Both the position numbers and the translations under genes were made by a program. This document shows, piece after piece, positions 11,694-23,363 of a stretch of DNA of 24,116 nucleotides. Source of the stretch: Ginkgo biloba (lineage: Eukaryota > Plantae > Ginkgophyta); assembly GCA_024626585.2 (NCBI GenBank), contig JANKJI020000001.1, positions 17,659,238 to 17,683,353 on the forward strand, in the 5' to 3' direction. A model generated the notes under the pieces. It saw only the letters and a list, made by a program, of their open reading frames with translations, had not been told where the DNA came from and ran no database searches. Each line of letters opens with the position of its first letter. Within the stretch, counting starts at the first letter, position 1.

Positions 11694-12699
11694 TTGGACA
11701 AAGAAAAACCTTCAAACAACTTGAAGTTGTATAGAAGATTTGCCACCAATTTGGTCTTCTGGTAACTAATGATGATAGTCAAATGGAAAAAGGAAAAAGA
11801 ACATACCCAACAACCATCCATCGAGGATAAATTTGGGTAATCATCAGAACCTATAAATAGTTAAGAACTTACTTCCCATTGAATATCAACCAAAACCTTT
11901 GCATCAATAGAAGGCTAGAGTGTGGTTGGAATTCATTCAACAAGATCATAAAAAAAAAGTTAAAATGCAAAATTTTGGCTATGGGAGGAGATATTATTTG
12001 GCATTTTAATGAAACATACACCTTATATGGATGCAAAATGTAGGGAGTTAGTATCTCACTCAAAACTTGACAGACAATAAAAAATAAAAAAAAAATATGA
12101 GAACAATTCATACTAAATGCAATGAGCATTAAAAACTATATTGCCATATCCGATCCTCAAGGAAATGAGTTGGTGCCTCTCAAAGTGAAAGCAATTATAA
12201 AGAACTCAAAAAATGAAACAACAATAGGAAAAATGGATAAAGATAGAATTGCAATGTTTGCACACACAGATGGAATTACCAAACACTAAAGTGAGGATCA
12301 ACTAAGGCTAATATAAATTGGACAAACCATTGGGGAATTGAAACAAGTTATTACCTAGAAGATCATAAAGNNNNNNNNNNNNNNNNNNNNNNNNNNNNNN
12401 NNNNNNNNNNNNNNNNNNNNNNNNNNNNNNNNNNNNNNNNNNNNNNNNNNNNNNNNNNNNNNNNNNNNNNCTTTATGTTTTGTAAATATGTTCATGTAAT
12501 ATAAGACGTATTTTCCAAAAAAAAACAAAAAAATACAAAGGTGGTATATATCCAATTTTAGAGGAAGTAATGTAAGAAGTAAGCTTCTCTCCATACTATT
12601 GCCTTATCTAGATGCTTCAATATACAGGTTTCTTCATTTAAATACTAGCTTACTTTTTAATGAAATTATGGTGTTACAAAAAACAAATTAACAAATTTC

Positions 12700-15332
12700 C
12701 AAAATAATTATTAGAAAAAAGGAGCACACATTAGAGGAGACCACAAGTGAAGGCCATGTCTATAGGCATAGAAAACTAGAAAAAATGCAAGTGGAATAGC
12801 CTATCGTTTTAGTAAAGGAATATCTCCCAATGGGCACCTAAAGCATAATAAAAGACTACATTTGAAAAGCAATTGGTACAACCTTCATCACTATAGATCT
12901 TTAGAGAGCTTACATTGGAGTTGTATACATTGCAAGCTATAAGTTGATCTTAAGACCATTGGATATGAAATAGACGCTTGTTTCAATGACTAGACATGAA
13001 TATAAAGTACATCTATAAAAGGAAGAAATAACCTGAACAATGTTAATACCCTATGTTTTAAGAAGGAAGTTGGTCAAGGAAGTCAAGGCACATCCCATTT
13101 TTGAATGTAGCAACTTAGTTCCTTCCAATTCAAACCCATAATAAATGTAGTAAAGTATTAAGGACAATCAAATCAAAGAGAGTTAAATATAAAAAGTGTT
13201 ACAAGGGAGTCAAATCAAGCAAATTTAACCTTGAAAACGGTAAAATCCAAAGAAATGGATGAAGCAGCCTATAAGTGGACCCTACAACTACTTGTGGGCC
13301 AAGGACCACTTTCTCTAATCAAAGGACAAAGTCCTTAAGCAAGCGCTCAAAGGCCTAGTATTGTGTATCTCCAATGAGAAGCTAAGATGTGGCAAAGCTT
13401 CATGAGTTGACAGTCAAGAGTTAGAGCAATCCTGGCCACATCTAACTAGCCCATAGAAGGATCTAGAACAATCATAATGACTAATATATTAAAGGGGCTT
13501 GGTAATTTTTGGCTATCATTTGGCCCAAATTTGATTGTGTACAATTGATTNNNNNNNNNNNNNNNNNNNNNNNNNNNNNNNNNNNNNNNNNNNNNNNNNN
13601 NNNNNNNNNNNNNNNNNNNNNNNNNNNNNNNNNNNNNNNNNNNNNNNNNNNNNNNNNNNNNNNNNNNNNNNNNNNNNTTGGAAGAGGAGTGGCCCTCTAT
13701 AGGGTCCGATTTGCTACCATTTTGCCGTTGATTTCAAGAGGATTGTAGTTGCAAGCTGATTCTTTGAGGGTTACACTCTGATGCACGCTAAAGGCACTTC
13801 AATTCTGAGGGTTTTCCACTTAGTAAGAGACCTTGAACTATAAGTACAACTGATCCTTCATTTTCTGAGTATTCTTTAAAGCTATTGTAGTAGATTTCAG
13901 ATCTGGCTTTGCTATGATAAATGCATGAAAAAAATGGCAAGGAAACTATGGCCCTAAATCATAACAATGCATGAAATTATACGAGGGAAATTTATTTCTA
14001 CTATATGCCTGCTGCTTTTATCCCATCTTATGTCAAACCCTAGGTCTTCTAGCAGAGGGTGACATAAGGAAGCATGGAAAATCCATTCACAGAAATAGAT
14101 GCACAATTGTATAAGACTTTTTGCAGCCTTGTAGCCTATGGCCATTGTTTCCAAGCTATCATAAGGTTGAAATGATACCCAAGATTTATTTATGGCTATC
14201 AAGTCAAGAGGATACCTAGTACACTATTAGCCATAGGGTTGAAAGGATACTTCATGTTTGACAGATGACGATTAGGCTGAAAGGACACTTATGCTACTAT
14301 TCGGCATAACCACCATAAATTAATATAAACAAAAGATGAGGATTGTAAGGATAAACTAAGTAATGGTACCATAGATTACTATAAATTAATGCTATTGCTA
14401 GCTAAGGGAGGAACCTTATTAAGTGTATGGCTGGAAAGCATCCAAATACAAAGGAGGGGTTGAACCTATAGCCTTGCACTCTTATTAATCTTGGATGAAA
14501 GGGTGGAGTCCAATAGAGCGATAATCATTGTTGAGCACTATTGCATAAGAATGCAGCTAGAGATTTGGCTGCCAACACTATAAGTCCTAAGGTTGTCCCC
14601 AAGGCTAACAATGGATATTGTGCCCTTATGTCACATTCCCCTAAATGAGAGCCCTATTTGCGTGCCTATTTAAGTATAAAGACTTAGAACTCTAATGCTT
14701 TTAACAAGTGTGTGTTGAGCTATGCTGTTTTACAAGTGACAGGTAGTGGAACTGTTATAGAAACCAAAGTGCACTTAGAGGTCTTGGGTCAAGAGGTACA
14801 TCTTGAAGGAGGAAGGCCTAAAGTAAGAAATGTAAATCTTTTTAATCCCATACTTGGAACAAAGATGGACTAGCAGCTTATCACATGAAATGAGATCCCT
14901 CAAAAGTACATCATTACGACTAATCCTGGACAAATGCATGATATTTGTGGGGGAGAATTCCCATCTAGATGGGTCATAATTATAGAAAATGGTATGCAAA
15001 AGAAGGACCAACCGCATCTTAAAAACAATGCCAAAAGCTAAATGATCTCAAAAAATGATCATGTGGTAGCTTTACAAAGGGAAAAAGGACGTCTCAAAAC
15101 CAGCCAGCAAGATTAAAGTACACCAAATTGATTACTAAGTATGTAATCAAGAAAGCCTTGAAACAAGCAAATGGACTTTGGCTAGAAAGTTCTAGCCATA
15201 AAGCCAAACATGACCTCCATAGCATTAAGACGAAGTTGCTGAAGTGAATAGGCTTTGGCAAGAACATTTAAACTATTGAACTTATTTCATTCATGATGAT
15301 TACTAATGAAAGTCTCCCAAGGAAAGTTGGGG
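12700..15332 (+). mobile_element. Highly decayed LTR-retrotransposon remnants (possible RNase H and integrase pieces)
   Basis: Only faint motifs (SIKGRNNLNNVNTL at ~13012-13053; integrase-tail-like text at 14900-15330) with stops in all frames. Probably several elements. Confidence 0.3.
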
Positions 15333-15791
15333 NNNNNNNNNNNNNNNNNNNNNNNNNNNNNNNNNNNNNNNNNNNNNNNNNNNNNNNNTGGATAAATCAG
15401 CATATTCTGATCCATGAAGTCTTCCAATAAGAAGAAACAGGATAAAGTGGAAGGAACTTGCACTCAGCTTCCAATAGAGAAATTGAATCAGGCTTCTTCT
15501 TGTTGCTTCATCAGATGGACAAGTAAAACATACGCAGCTGGAATTCTCTTAAAAGTACGTTCAGAGAAAAGTAACTCTTCTTTCAAAACATTAAGACTCA
15601 GCAGGATAATCAGACAGATCAAAGAGTAGTCAAATCTTTTGATAGATGGAGGAGAGAACTTGGATCCTCCCCTTTGTGTATGACTTGGTTCTGAGTTTTA
15701 GATTTCTGTACTTGGCATTGCAACTATAGCCTGTTTTCCTTCAACTGAAAATAAAAAGACAAAAAGTAAGCAAGAGATCCATTGGGCATAC

Positions 15792-15924
15792 CCATTCCAC
15801 CAGGCTCCATTCAGCTCGGGGTCTGTGTATATTGAGAGGCTCGCGGCCACATATAATTTCCAACAATACAACACCAAAGCTAAAAACATCACTCTTTACA
15901 GTCAATTGCTGACTTGAGTAATAC
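15792..15924 (-). CDS. SYMRK: SYMRK exon: kinase subdomains IX-X
   Basis: TTGCAG/GTATG splice sites, 133 nt: [44 protein letters not shown]. Confidence 0.97.
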
Positions 15925-16327
15925 CTGCAAAAGCATCATACAATCTATTTCATTGGGAATTCAAGAATGTGAAAATCTTAGAAAAAGTTGCCTTGCCTAA
16001 AACCTTGACAATTTGGCCGAGAAACCTTTGTACAACATTTCAGCCATTCCTACCAGAATCAAGACATTGAAAACCTAAGGACACAACAAGACTTCCAAGC
16101 CATCATATCCTCACCTTACCATCTTCCTACTTCCCTCTTTATCATTTTCTACACATAAAATCACAAATGCTTTCTTCCACTTTGCATTATCTGCAAATAT
16201 CCCCTCCCTCCATTGCCTCCACTACCTACTTGTTAATGAAATAGCGAATAATAGCATAGCTTATTACAAGAAGAATTGAAATGTGCCCTTTGTATTTGGG
16301 ACCAGAAAATCAGGGAAGATAACCTAC

Positions 16328-16517
16328 TCTGGATCTAAATAACCAGCAGTTCCTCGTACTTCTAATGAAACAATGCTATCCCCCTCCTGAGGAGCATACT
16401 TTGAAAATCCAAAATCTGCAACCTTTGCAACCATGCTATGATCCAGCAGGATGTTGCTAGACTTGACATCCCTGTGAATGATACATCTTTCACCACCAGT
16501 ATGCAGAAAGTGAAGAC
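16328..16517 (-). CDS. SYMRK: SYMRK exon: catalytic loop and activation segment
   Basis: TAG acceptor at the gap edge, GTAGG donor, 190 nt: (G)[62 protein letters not shown](E). Confidence 0.97.
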
Positions 16518-16826
16518 CTANNNNNNNNNNNNNNNNNNNNNNNNNNNNNNNNNNNNNNNNNNNNNNNNNNNNNNNNNNNNNNNNNNNNNNNNNNNNNNNN
16601 NNNNNNNNNNNNNNNNNNNNNNNNNNNNNNNNNNNNNNNNNNNNNNNNNNNNNNNNNNNNNNNNNNNNNNNNNNNNNNNNNNNNNNNNNNNNNNNNNNNN
16701 NNNNNNNNNNNNNNNNNNNNNNAATTCATTAAATTTTAGTTACTTTGTCAGTAAAATGCAGTAAATGTACCAGTACAATATTCTTTTTAGCAAGTATAAT
16801 CGCAAAACAGAACGAACAGCTGATAC

Positions 16827-16953
16827 CATAGAGGCGATCTTGCAGTGATCCATTCGACATGAAAGGATAGACGAGAATTTGCTGATCCTTTTCAGAGCAG
16901 AATCCCAAAAGAGGAACCAGATTCTCATGTCGAATTTCAGAAAGAAGATTTAG
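16827..16953 (-). CDS. SYMRK: SYMRK exon: kinase subdomains III-V
   Basis: TTGCAG/GTATC splice sites, 127 nt: [42 protein letters not shown](G). The next short exon (LDWxxRL type) presumably lies in gap 16521-16722. Confidence 0.97.
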
Positions 16954-17083
16954 CTGCAAAATTGGCATGAGTACAGTCGAATATCTCTTAATTTACAAAG
17001 TCTTAGCACGGTTTTGGCACAAAAGTAACTCATTTTCCTTATTTCAAAAGCATGCAATGTTCTTCTTTATAGAAATGCATTAC

Positions 17084-17310
17084 CTCTGTTTTGAATTCAC
17101 GAGTTCCTTGAATTGAAGTGGCTGACCGGACCTTGACAGCCACTTCGTGCCCATCAGCCAATGTTCCACGGTAAACAATACCAAATCCCCCTTCACCTAT
17201 CATGCTCTCATAATTGTTTGTTGCAAGTTCTAGTCCTTGGAGGGTAAACATTTCTATGTTGAATGACTTCAAGGCTAAATTCTCTGCCTCTGGTATAGAC
17301 TTTGCTATAT
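17084..17310 (-). CDS. SYMRK: SYMRK exon: juxtamembrane + kinase subdomains I-III
   Basis: TGCAG/GTAATG splice sites, 227 nt: IAKSIPEAENLALKSFNIEMFTLQGLELATNNYESMIGEGGFGIVYRGTLADGHEVAVKVRSATSIQGTREFKTE. Confidence 0.97.
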
Positions 17311-17498
17311 CTGCATATTATAAGTTAAGATAGCCAAATGTTAAGCTCATTTCAAATTTGGAAGTATAAAAAAACATTCTAGTAATCACAGATAACTAAA
17401 CTTCAGAAACAATTCCATGTGAACAGAAAAAAAAAGAAAATCCATAATAACATGCCTAAATAAGCACATTTTTAAAATTACTAAAACAGCATACTTAC

Positions 17499-17562
17499 GT
17501 CCCGTAAAAGGCTTTAATTTCATACTAATTGACTATATTAAACTTTTATCACCAAACCTGAA
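17499..17562 (-). pseudogene. SYMRK: 3' stub of SYMRK transmembrane/juxtamembrane exon with in-frame stop
   Basis: GTAAG donor at 17494-98 with the phase matching the next exon. Reads FRFGDKSLI*SISMKLKPFTG(H), with TAG at 17533-35. No hydrophobic TM stretch upstream, and another in-frame TAG lies just 5'. Confidence 0.6.
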
Positions 17563-17850
17563 GGAGCTCCGGGACTGCTATGGACTGCTATGGGGAGAGC
17601 TATGAGGGCTTGAGAAATGGAGAGTTTTTGAAAGGAAGAGGAAGAGGGAATAGAGAACCTGTGCGGGTTGAGGGTGTTCATTTTGTATGATTTTCAGTTT
17701 TTTCTCCTAGAATTTCCACCACCTCAACCATTAATTTGGTGATTGGCTTCCATTAATTTGCCCTTTGGGCAGCCAGCCCTAATAATCGCAGATATAGCTG
17801 CCATTATCCCCCTTGGTCATTCCCTTGATAGTGCAAGTCTAAACTCTCAG
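17563..17850. mobile_element. Foreign sequence fused to the SYMRK TM-exon stub (family unresolved)
   Basis: Abrupt switch to GA-rich sequence, with a GGACTGCTAT x2 repeat at 17572-17591 near the junction. Not coding in the SYMRK frame. Confidence 0.5.
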
Positions 17851-17950
17851 NNNNNNNNNNNNNNNNNNNNNNNNNNNNNNNNNNNNNNNNNNNNNNNNNN
17901 NNNNNNNNNNNNNNNNNNNNNNNNNNNNNNNNNNNNNNNNNNNNNNNNNN

Positions 17951-18419
17951 GTAATTTTTCTTGCAGTGACCCCAGTGCCATGTCATGATTGATTGATTCA
18001 AGGAGCCGCCCAAGTTGCTTCATGGGTGAGACTGGGGTGGATTGAGCTTTGCCACGAGGAGAGACTGCCAGAGTTTCCTCATTGGTCCCTAATATTGCTC
18101 TTTCCCTGATCGATCCAAGGAGTGGACTCTCCAAGGCACCCCCAAGGATGGTTGAGGTAAACTGAGCTTCATTGAGAGTGAGGGTTGACACTGGCTCTTC
18201 ACTAAACCCTAAGTCCCTTATTTCCTTGGACGAATCAGGGACTTGACTATCCAAGGGAGGGGTGGGGGTGTCTTGAGACACTTGGGCTCCCTCTATTGCC
18301 ACCATCCCCAATACCTTCTCACCTGTATTAGCTCCTACAGGGGTAGGAGATGTCAGAACAACAGAGGCTATGGTTCCTTCACTAGATGCGTGAGCTAACT
18401 TCATTTTAACTTGACTCAT
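17951..18419 (-). other. Ser/Thr/Pro-rich ORF (>=156 aa), probably TE-derived
   Basis: Open frame with elevated GC and no recognisable domain. It lies among TE remnants and runs into a gap. Confidence 0.35.
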
Positions 18420-18730
18420 ATCCTAAGACAAGGACATTACAGAACCGATTTGCAAAATAAGTGGTTGCAAATAAGAATGTGCAGATCCAGTGAATTACAA
18501 GGAGAAGGGGACCCAGGGAGAGGCACACAACTCCCTTACTTTGACATGTTTAACTCTCTATATACCCCTTCTAACTCTCTGTCTAACTCTCTCCATATTG
18601 AAGACTTAACTCATTCTTAGCTAATTTATGATGCTCTCATCTTTGGGCTTTAGGTATTATTTTCTTAGATTAACCAAAGTGTTTTTTTCGAGGCCTCAGC
18701 CAAAGTCTCAATAAATGGGGTAAAGTCCCC

Positions 18731-19160
18731 CCCCTGGCGTCATCCCTTTATGTCCTGGTAGTAGACTCCCTGGGATATTTGATAGAACACAAATTCGCCC
18801 AGAGGGATATCTGTGGTATTTTCTTACCTCCCTTAGGGGGACAGCAGATGACCAATGGCCACTTCATAGACGACTCTTTTCTCACTATCCATGCCAACCA
18901 AGCTAACGACCAAGAAGCTATGGGATGCATTGAAGTGTCTTATGAGGCCTCTGGTTCAGCAATCCAGTGGCAAAAGACATCAACTTATTGGCTCAACACC
19001 AAGGAAATCCCTATCTAGGCTTAATCCTTCCAATGGAGGTTGATACAAAAAGGAGAGGTCTTCAAATTCCTTGGCATTCCCTTTGGCATTCAAGCCTCTC
19101 TAGCTGATATGTAGCAATTCGTACTCGACAGAATAGAAAAAATGTTGGCCTATTTGTCAC
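18731..19160 (+). mobile_element. L1-type LINE reverse-transcriptase fragment
   Basis: PLASSLYVLVVDSL...GIFLP...HFIDDS (degenerate FADD)...EASGSAIQWQKT...FKFLGIPFG...VLDRIEKML, with in-frame stops. Confidence 0.85.
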
Positions 19161-19878
19161 AGACCAGGAAAGAGGGGTCAAAAGATACTTATGAAGGGTT
19201 AGAATNNNNNNNNNNNNNNNNNNNNNNNNNNNNNNNNNNNNNNNNNNNNNNNNNNNNNNNNNNNNNNNNNNNNNNNNNNNNNNNNNNNNNNNNNNNNNNN
19301 NNNNNAGGTGATTTGGCAGGTTCACGGACAAGGTATGGGTCGTCTTCTCGGTTTGGGTGCAAGGACACATCATTCTGGAAGTTTTGTCTACATTTTTGGG
19401 CTTTGGTAAAGAGTACCATATTTGTCCACACAATACTGCTCTTGTGTGCACTCCTAAGGCACACACTGACACGGTATAGCCGGTAAAGTTGCGCGGATAC
19501 ACAGTATCCTACTNNNNNNNNNNNNNNNNTTTCCATGGTACTATAGAAAATTCCATACAGAGAGAAGAATCAGGCCGTACAAGTTGACATAGAGCTAGTT
19601 TTTCTAGTGCATTTAAGAGTATAGGGCATGCAGAGCAAATTACCCCCTTGGATTTTGATCAAACGCTTTCGCATACCTTTGAAATCCTCCAATTACCAAG
19701 TGGGTACATCAAGAAGGAGATGAATGAGCATATTTGAGAAGACATATACACAAACTATATCCAAATGACATAAAGCATTACACCCCAAGATGGCCCTCTA
19801 TGAAGTCAAATCTTAGGGNNNNNNNNNNNNNNNNNNNNNNNNNNNNNNNNNNNNNNNNNNNNNNATGCATGAATCGTG

Positions 19879-20692
19879 TGTTAGTAGGATATTTGTGACA
19901 TGGCGAGATAGGCAAATTTCTAATGAAAGACAAAAAAAAATAGCAGTCAAAGAAGATTCCAAAAATCAAGGAAGATTCTAACAATCAAGAAAATTCCAAG
20001 TCAAAGTCAAAGATATGAGTAAGATTTGATGACATGACAATGATGTGGTAGCTTTAATATGACATGGCGTTTGATGACAAGGTAGTGGCAACATGACTTC
20101 AACTCCATAAAAATCATATGATAGTCCATACAGACCATACGCACGGCCATCTGTATAGGTTGTACAGATTGTCCGTACGCCTGTCCATATGCTACGGGTT
20201 ATACAAAATTCATATAGCATGGACTATACAAATTCGTAGAGTACGAATAGGACTCAAAATTTAAGGGAAAGCAGAAGAAAAATAAAATTAATGAGGTATT
20301 AATGGACCATAAAAGAAGTGTATTGATTACTCCACTAAATGAAATGAAAAGTCAAACCATTAATGAAAAGTCAAGTGTTACAATAATAAAATAGAAAATC
20401 CATGCCAATTCATTTAAGGAAGAGAGAGAGAGAGAGAGAGAGTACTATAAATTGGAGAGAGAAATGAACCCTAAGTATGAGAGTCGAGTGTAAACGTCTA
20501 GGGTTAGGTGTGAGAGGCCTAACCTTAGCATTTAATACATTGTAATATCCATTTTTCAATAAATGATGTTTGTACCCCAATTCTTATGAAATTAATGTTC
20601 ATGCACAATGTTTATGATGTCTTCATAAATTAGCATTGTTTGTTGTTGTATCATTATGAATTAACATCCCTATGACTACACGCTCTACTACA
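19879..20692 (+). mobile_element. Isolated LTR (gypsy-like)
   Basis: Termini TGTTAGTAG...CTACTACA form an imperfect inverted repeat. It has internal TGACATG and CCGTAC-like repeats, TATAAAT at ~20446 and AATAAA at ~20558. No clean TSD. Confidence 0.6.
20421..20442 (+). repeat. (AG)11 microsatellite
   Basis: Direct reading; it lies just upstream of the LTR TATA motif. Confidence 0.95.
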
Positions 20693-21177
20693 ATAATGGG
20701 TCTTATCGATGCCTAAATTATTCCAAGTTTTGAAATTCCCCTTACGCTTGCTAGACCAAGGTTTCCACCATGTTCAAAATGNNNNNNNNNNNNNNNNNNN
20801 NNNNNNTTTAAAGAATGTGTTTAATCAAATTAGTGATGAGCATAGTTCCATAATCGAAAGCCTTCTAAGCAAAGATGTCTCCATCCTTAGATGCCCTTTG
20901 AGTTGCTTATAATCTACTGTCAATAACAATTCTTCTTTTTATAGTTCTCTAATTGTTTGTTGAGCAGTTGCTAACTGTTCTTTTTCCATTGTTGACTCAA
21001 GATATTATTGCTTGTTCTTTGTGTTTCTCCACCATGTTTCTACTACTAAGGAGTCTCCATATTTTATTGGTTTTCTATTGACAAAGTGAGTTATCTCATC
21101 TTTATGATTGGGGTGATTTTGTTGTCATGATCTCTAGGTCCACACCTTCTGCCTAATTTTGCACCTCCCTAATTCAG

Positions 21178-21530
21178 TTATGGACAGTCTCTAACAAAAT
21201 GTCCCCATTCTTGGCATTTGGAACAACGCATGATCTAATGCCTTGATAAATCATAATTAAATCTCCTCCTTTGAGAATCCTAATTCATTTTTTAATGTCA
21301 GTTGGAATACAAACTCTATAGCCATTTCTTTATGCTAGGTTTTAAGGTAGGGCCTTCATCATTTTCAAAGTAAACTCGAGCATCTTGCATTCGTCATCTA
21401 TTCTTAGCATTATGGTTAGATTCATCCATACTATGATTCTTTGCTTTGCAAATAGAATAGTACTTACCATGTTTTGGACATTCATTTTCCAAATGGCCTT
21501 TTGTTTTACATTTTGTATGCCAAATTTATT
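21178..21530 (-). mobile_element. Retrotransposon gag remnant with CCHC zinc knuckles
   Basis: WHTKCKTKGHLENECP, YYSICKAKNHSMDES and a perfect CSKCQEWGHFVRDC (CX2CX4HX4C). Stops and a frameshift lie between them. Confidence 0.75.
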
Positions 21531-22185
21531 TCACTCCTATTTTGTCTGAGAGGACAATGTCTTCAACATTTAAATCATATCCTGTTGCAAGGCTACAATT
21601 GAAGATAGTTTCTCGTCTTCCTCCAAGAATTGATTTCTAAGCAAGGAATCTAACCCTAAAGGGTTTTTAAGAGCCAATATCATCTTTGAGGCGCTAGTTG
21701 GTTGGAAAGGGTGACGTAGGGATTTTGGGAGGGTTGCATGGTACTTTTAGGGGTGATTTGACCCAAATTAGGGTTCTAGTTGTAGAACTCTTCACATAAG
21801 GGATAAGAAGCAAGGTGGGAGCGTACCAAGAAGGGGAGGTGGTCATGTAGCGAGAAGGGGAGCGGGAGGGGATGGGGAGCATCCAGCAGGAGGTGCTAGA
21901 GTNNNNNNNNNNNNNNNNNNNNNNNNNNNNNNNNNNNNNNNNNNNNNNNNNNNNNNNNNNNNNNNNNNNNNNNNNNNNNNNNNNNNNNNNNNNNNNNNNN
22001 NNTTATATGACATTGTTGAATAAATTATCATCTATTAAATAATTTTACATTCAAATTGTTATTTGTCTTTCTTAATAAAGGGCATATGAAGCAGGGAGAA
22101 GAAATTGAGCCTCTATCAAACAAGCACACATGAAGTTTCCATAAAGTATTGCTACTTAAGGGATGTTATGTAAATAGAAACTCAC

Positions 22186-22357
22186 AATTCTGTGATGATA
22201 AACCCCACATCATGTGATGAGCAGTTCACTCCTTCCCAAGGTTTTGGCTGACCATCCTCTGACATGGGAAGGCAGGGATCTCCAGACCAGTGCTGCAGAT
22301 TCATTAAGTTTGGATTTTGTTGAAGTAATACATCTCTCACTCGCACAAGTGCATCAA
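22186..22357 (-). CDS. SYMRK: SYMRK exon: GDPC motif / LRR N-cap
   Basis: TGCAG acceptor and GTGAG donor. The 172 nt exon reads (V)DALVRVRDVLLQQNPNLMNLQHWSGDPCLPMSEDGQPKPWEGVNCSSHDVGFIITE(L). Its phase joins the previous exon (G|TT). Not in the ORF track. Confidence 0.95.
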
Positions 22358-22501
22358 CTGCAAAGAAATTGCATACTTCATGTCAAACTGGGTCAGGGGC
22401 ATTAGCAAACTTACAAGACATCCTGGCAAAACCCTATAGAAAGGAATTCAGCTAACAACTCATTCTAGTACCTTTGTACTTGAGCTTTTATTTTTTTGTC
22501 A

Positions 22502-22640
22502 GAAAGGTCCAAGTCAAACTAATAAACAATGTTTAAAAAGGAAACTGCTACTTCTTAACAACATTTATCAGAAAGGAGTCTCCAAGTCAAACTAATAAAT
22601 AATTTCTATTAAGGAAACTACAATTTTACAATATTTATCA
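22502..22640 (+). repeat. Imperfect ~70 bp tandem duplication in SYMRK intron
   Basis: Two copies of GAAAGG..TCCAAGTCAAACTAATAAA...AAGGAAACT...ATTTATCA (22502-22570 and 22571-22640). Confidence 0.85.
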
Positions 22641-23363
22641 TGCCAGAAAGTGGTAATACAAATCAAAATTCTATTTCACAACTATTCCTCATTTTTGCAT
22701 TCTTATTTTAGGTGGAATGGGTAAGAGGATAAGAATAGGGAAAAGGAATGGAAAATAGAGGGTGCTGGTTGCAAAGAAGAACGCTTTGAACAAGGATATT
22801 TGTACATATTCTTCGAGATCTAGAGTGACACAAGCAAACAATATAAGAAACATGTTCATGTCCAGAATATATTCAAAATATGAATAGAAAAGATATCATC
22901 ATGCACAAAACTATAAAATGGAGGGAACAACCACCTAGATCAAGCAAAGGAAATGGAGATTCTATAGCATACTTTGCCCCTGTTAGTTTTTAGTTGTTTA
23001 TCATTTATGGCCTTGGGGACAACCTATCACTGACCAAATATTACAGTAACACCAAAGGGCTATGAATGCGTTTGTTTATCTTCCGGGAAATAAAGCAAAA
23101 AGAAAGAACTCTCCCCACACAAAAATAAAACAACAAAGTCCTACAAATTGAGCTTTTTTTTATCCTTTCTTGATATTATATGAAAACTGAAGAAAAAGGT
23201 AAGTGAATTGATCTTTAAATAGCTTTGTAAAAGACGAAAGACCTAGTTTTATTATAAGATATTCATAATACTGATTTCATCACGAGGCACATAACAGCAA
23301 AAGCAGCGGGGGAACAAAACTGCATCTCGCACAGACTAAATTCTAGGGTCTGTAACAGTTTAC

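Noticed and set aside
15414-15892. ORFs 15414-15629 (+) and 15698-15892 (-), plus an acceptor-like site near 15745
   Set aside because: The ORFs are off-frame or intronic. The acceptor is under 50 nt from the donor and leads to a stop.
15792-17310. Generic LRR-I/IOS1-type malectin kinase instead of SYMRK
   Set aside because: KVRSATSxQGTREF, [18 protein letters not shown] and KYAPQEGDS are characteristic of SYMRK rather than IOS1-like kinases.
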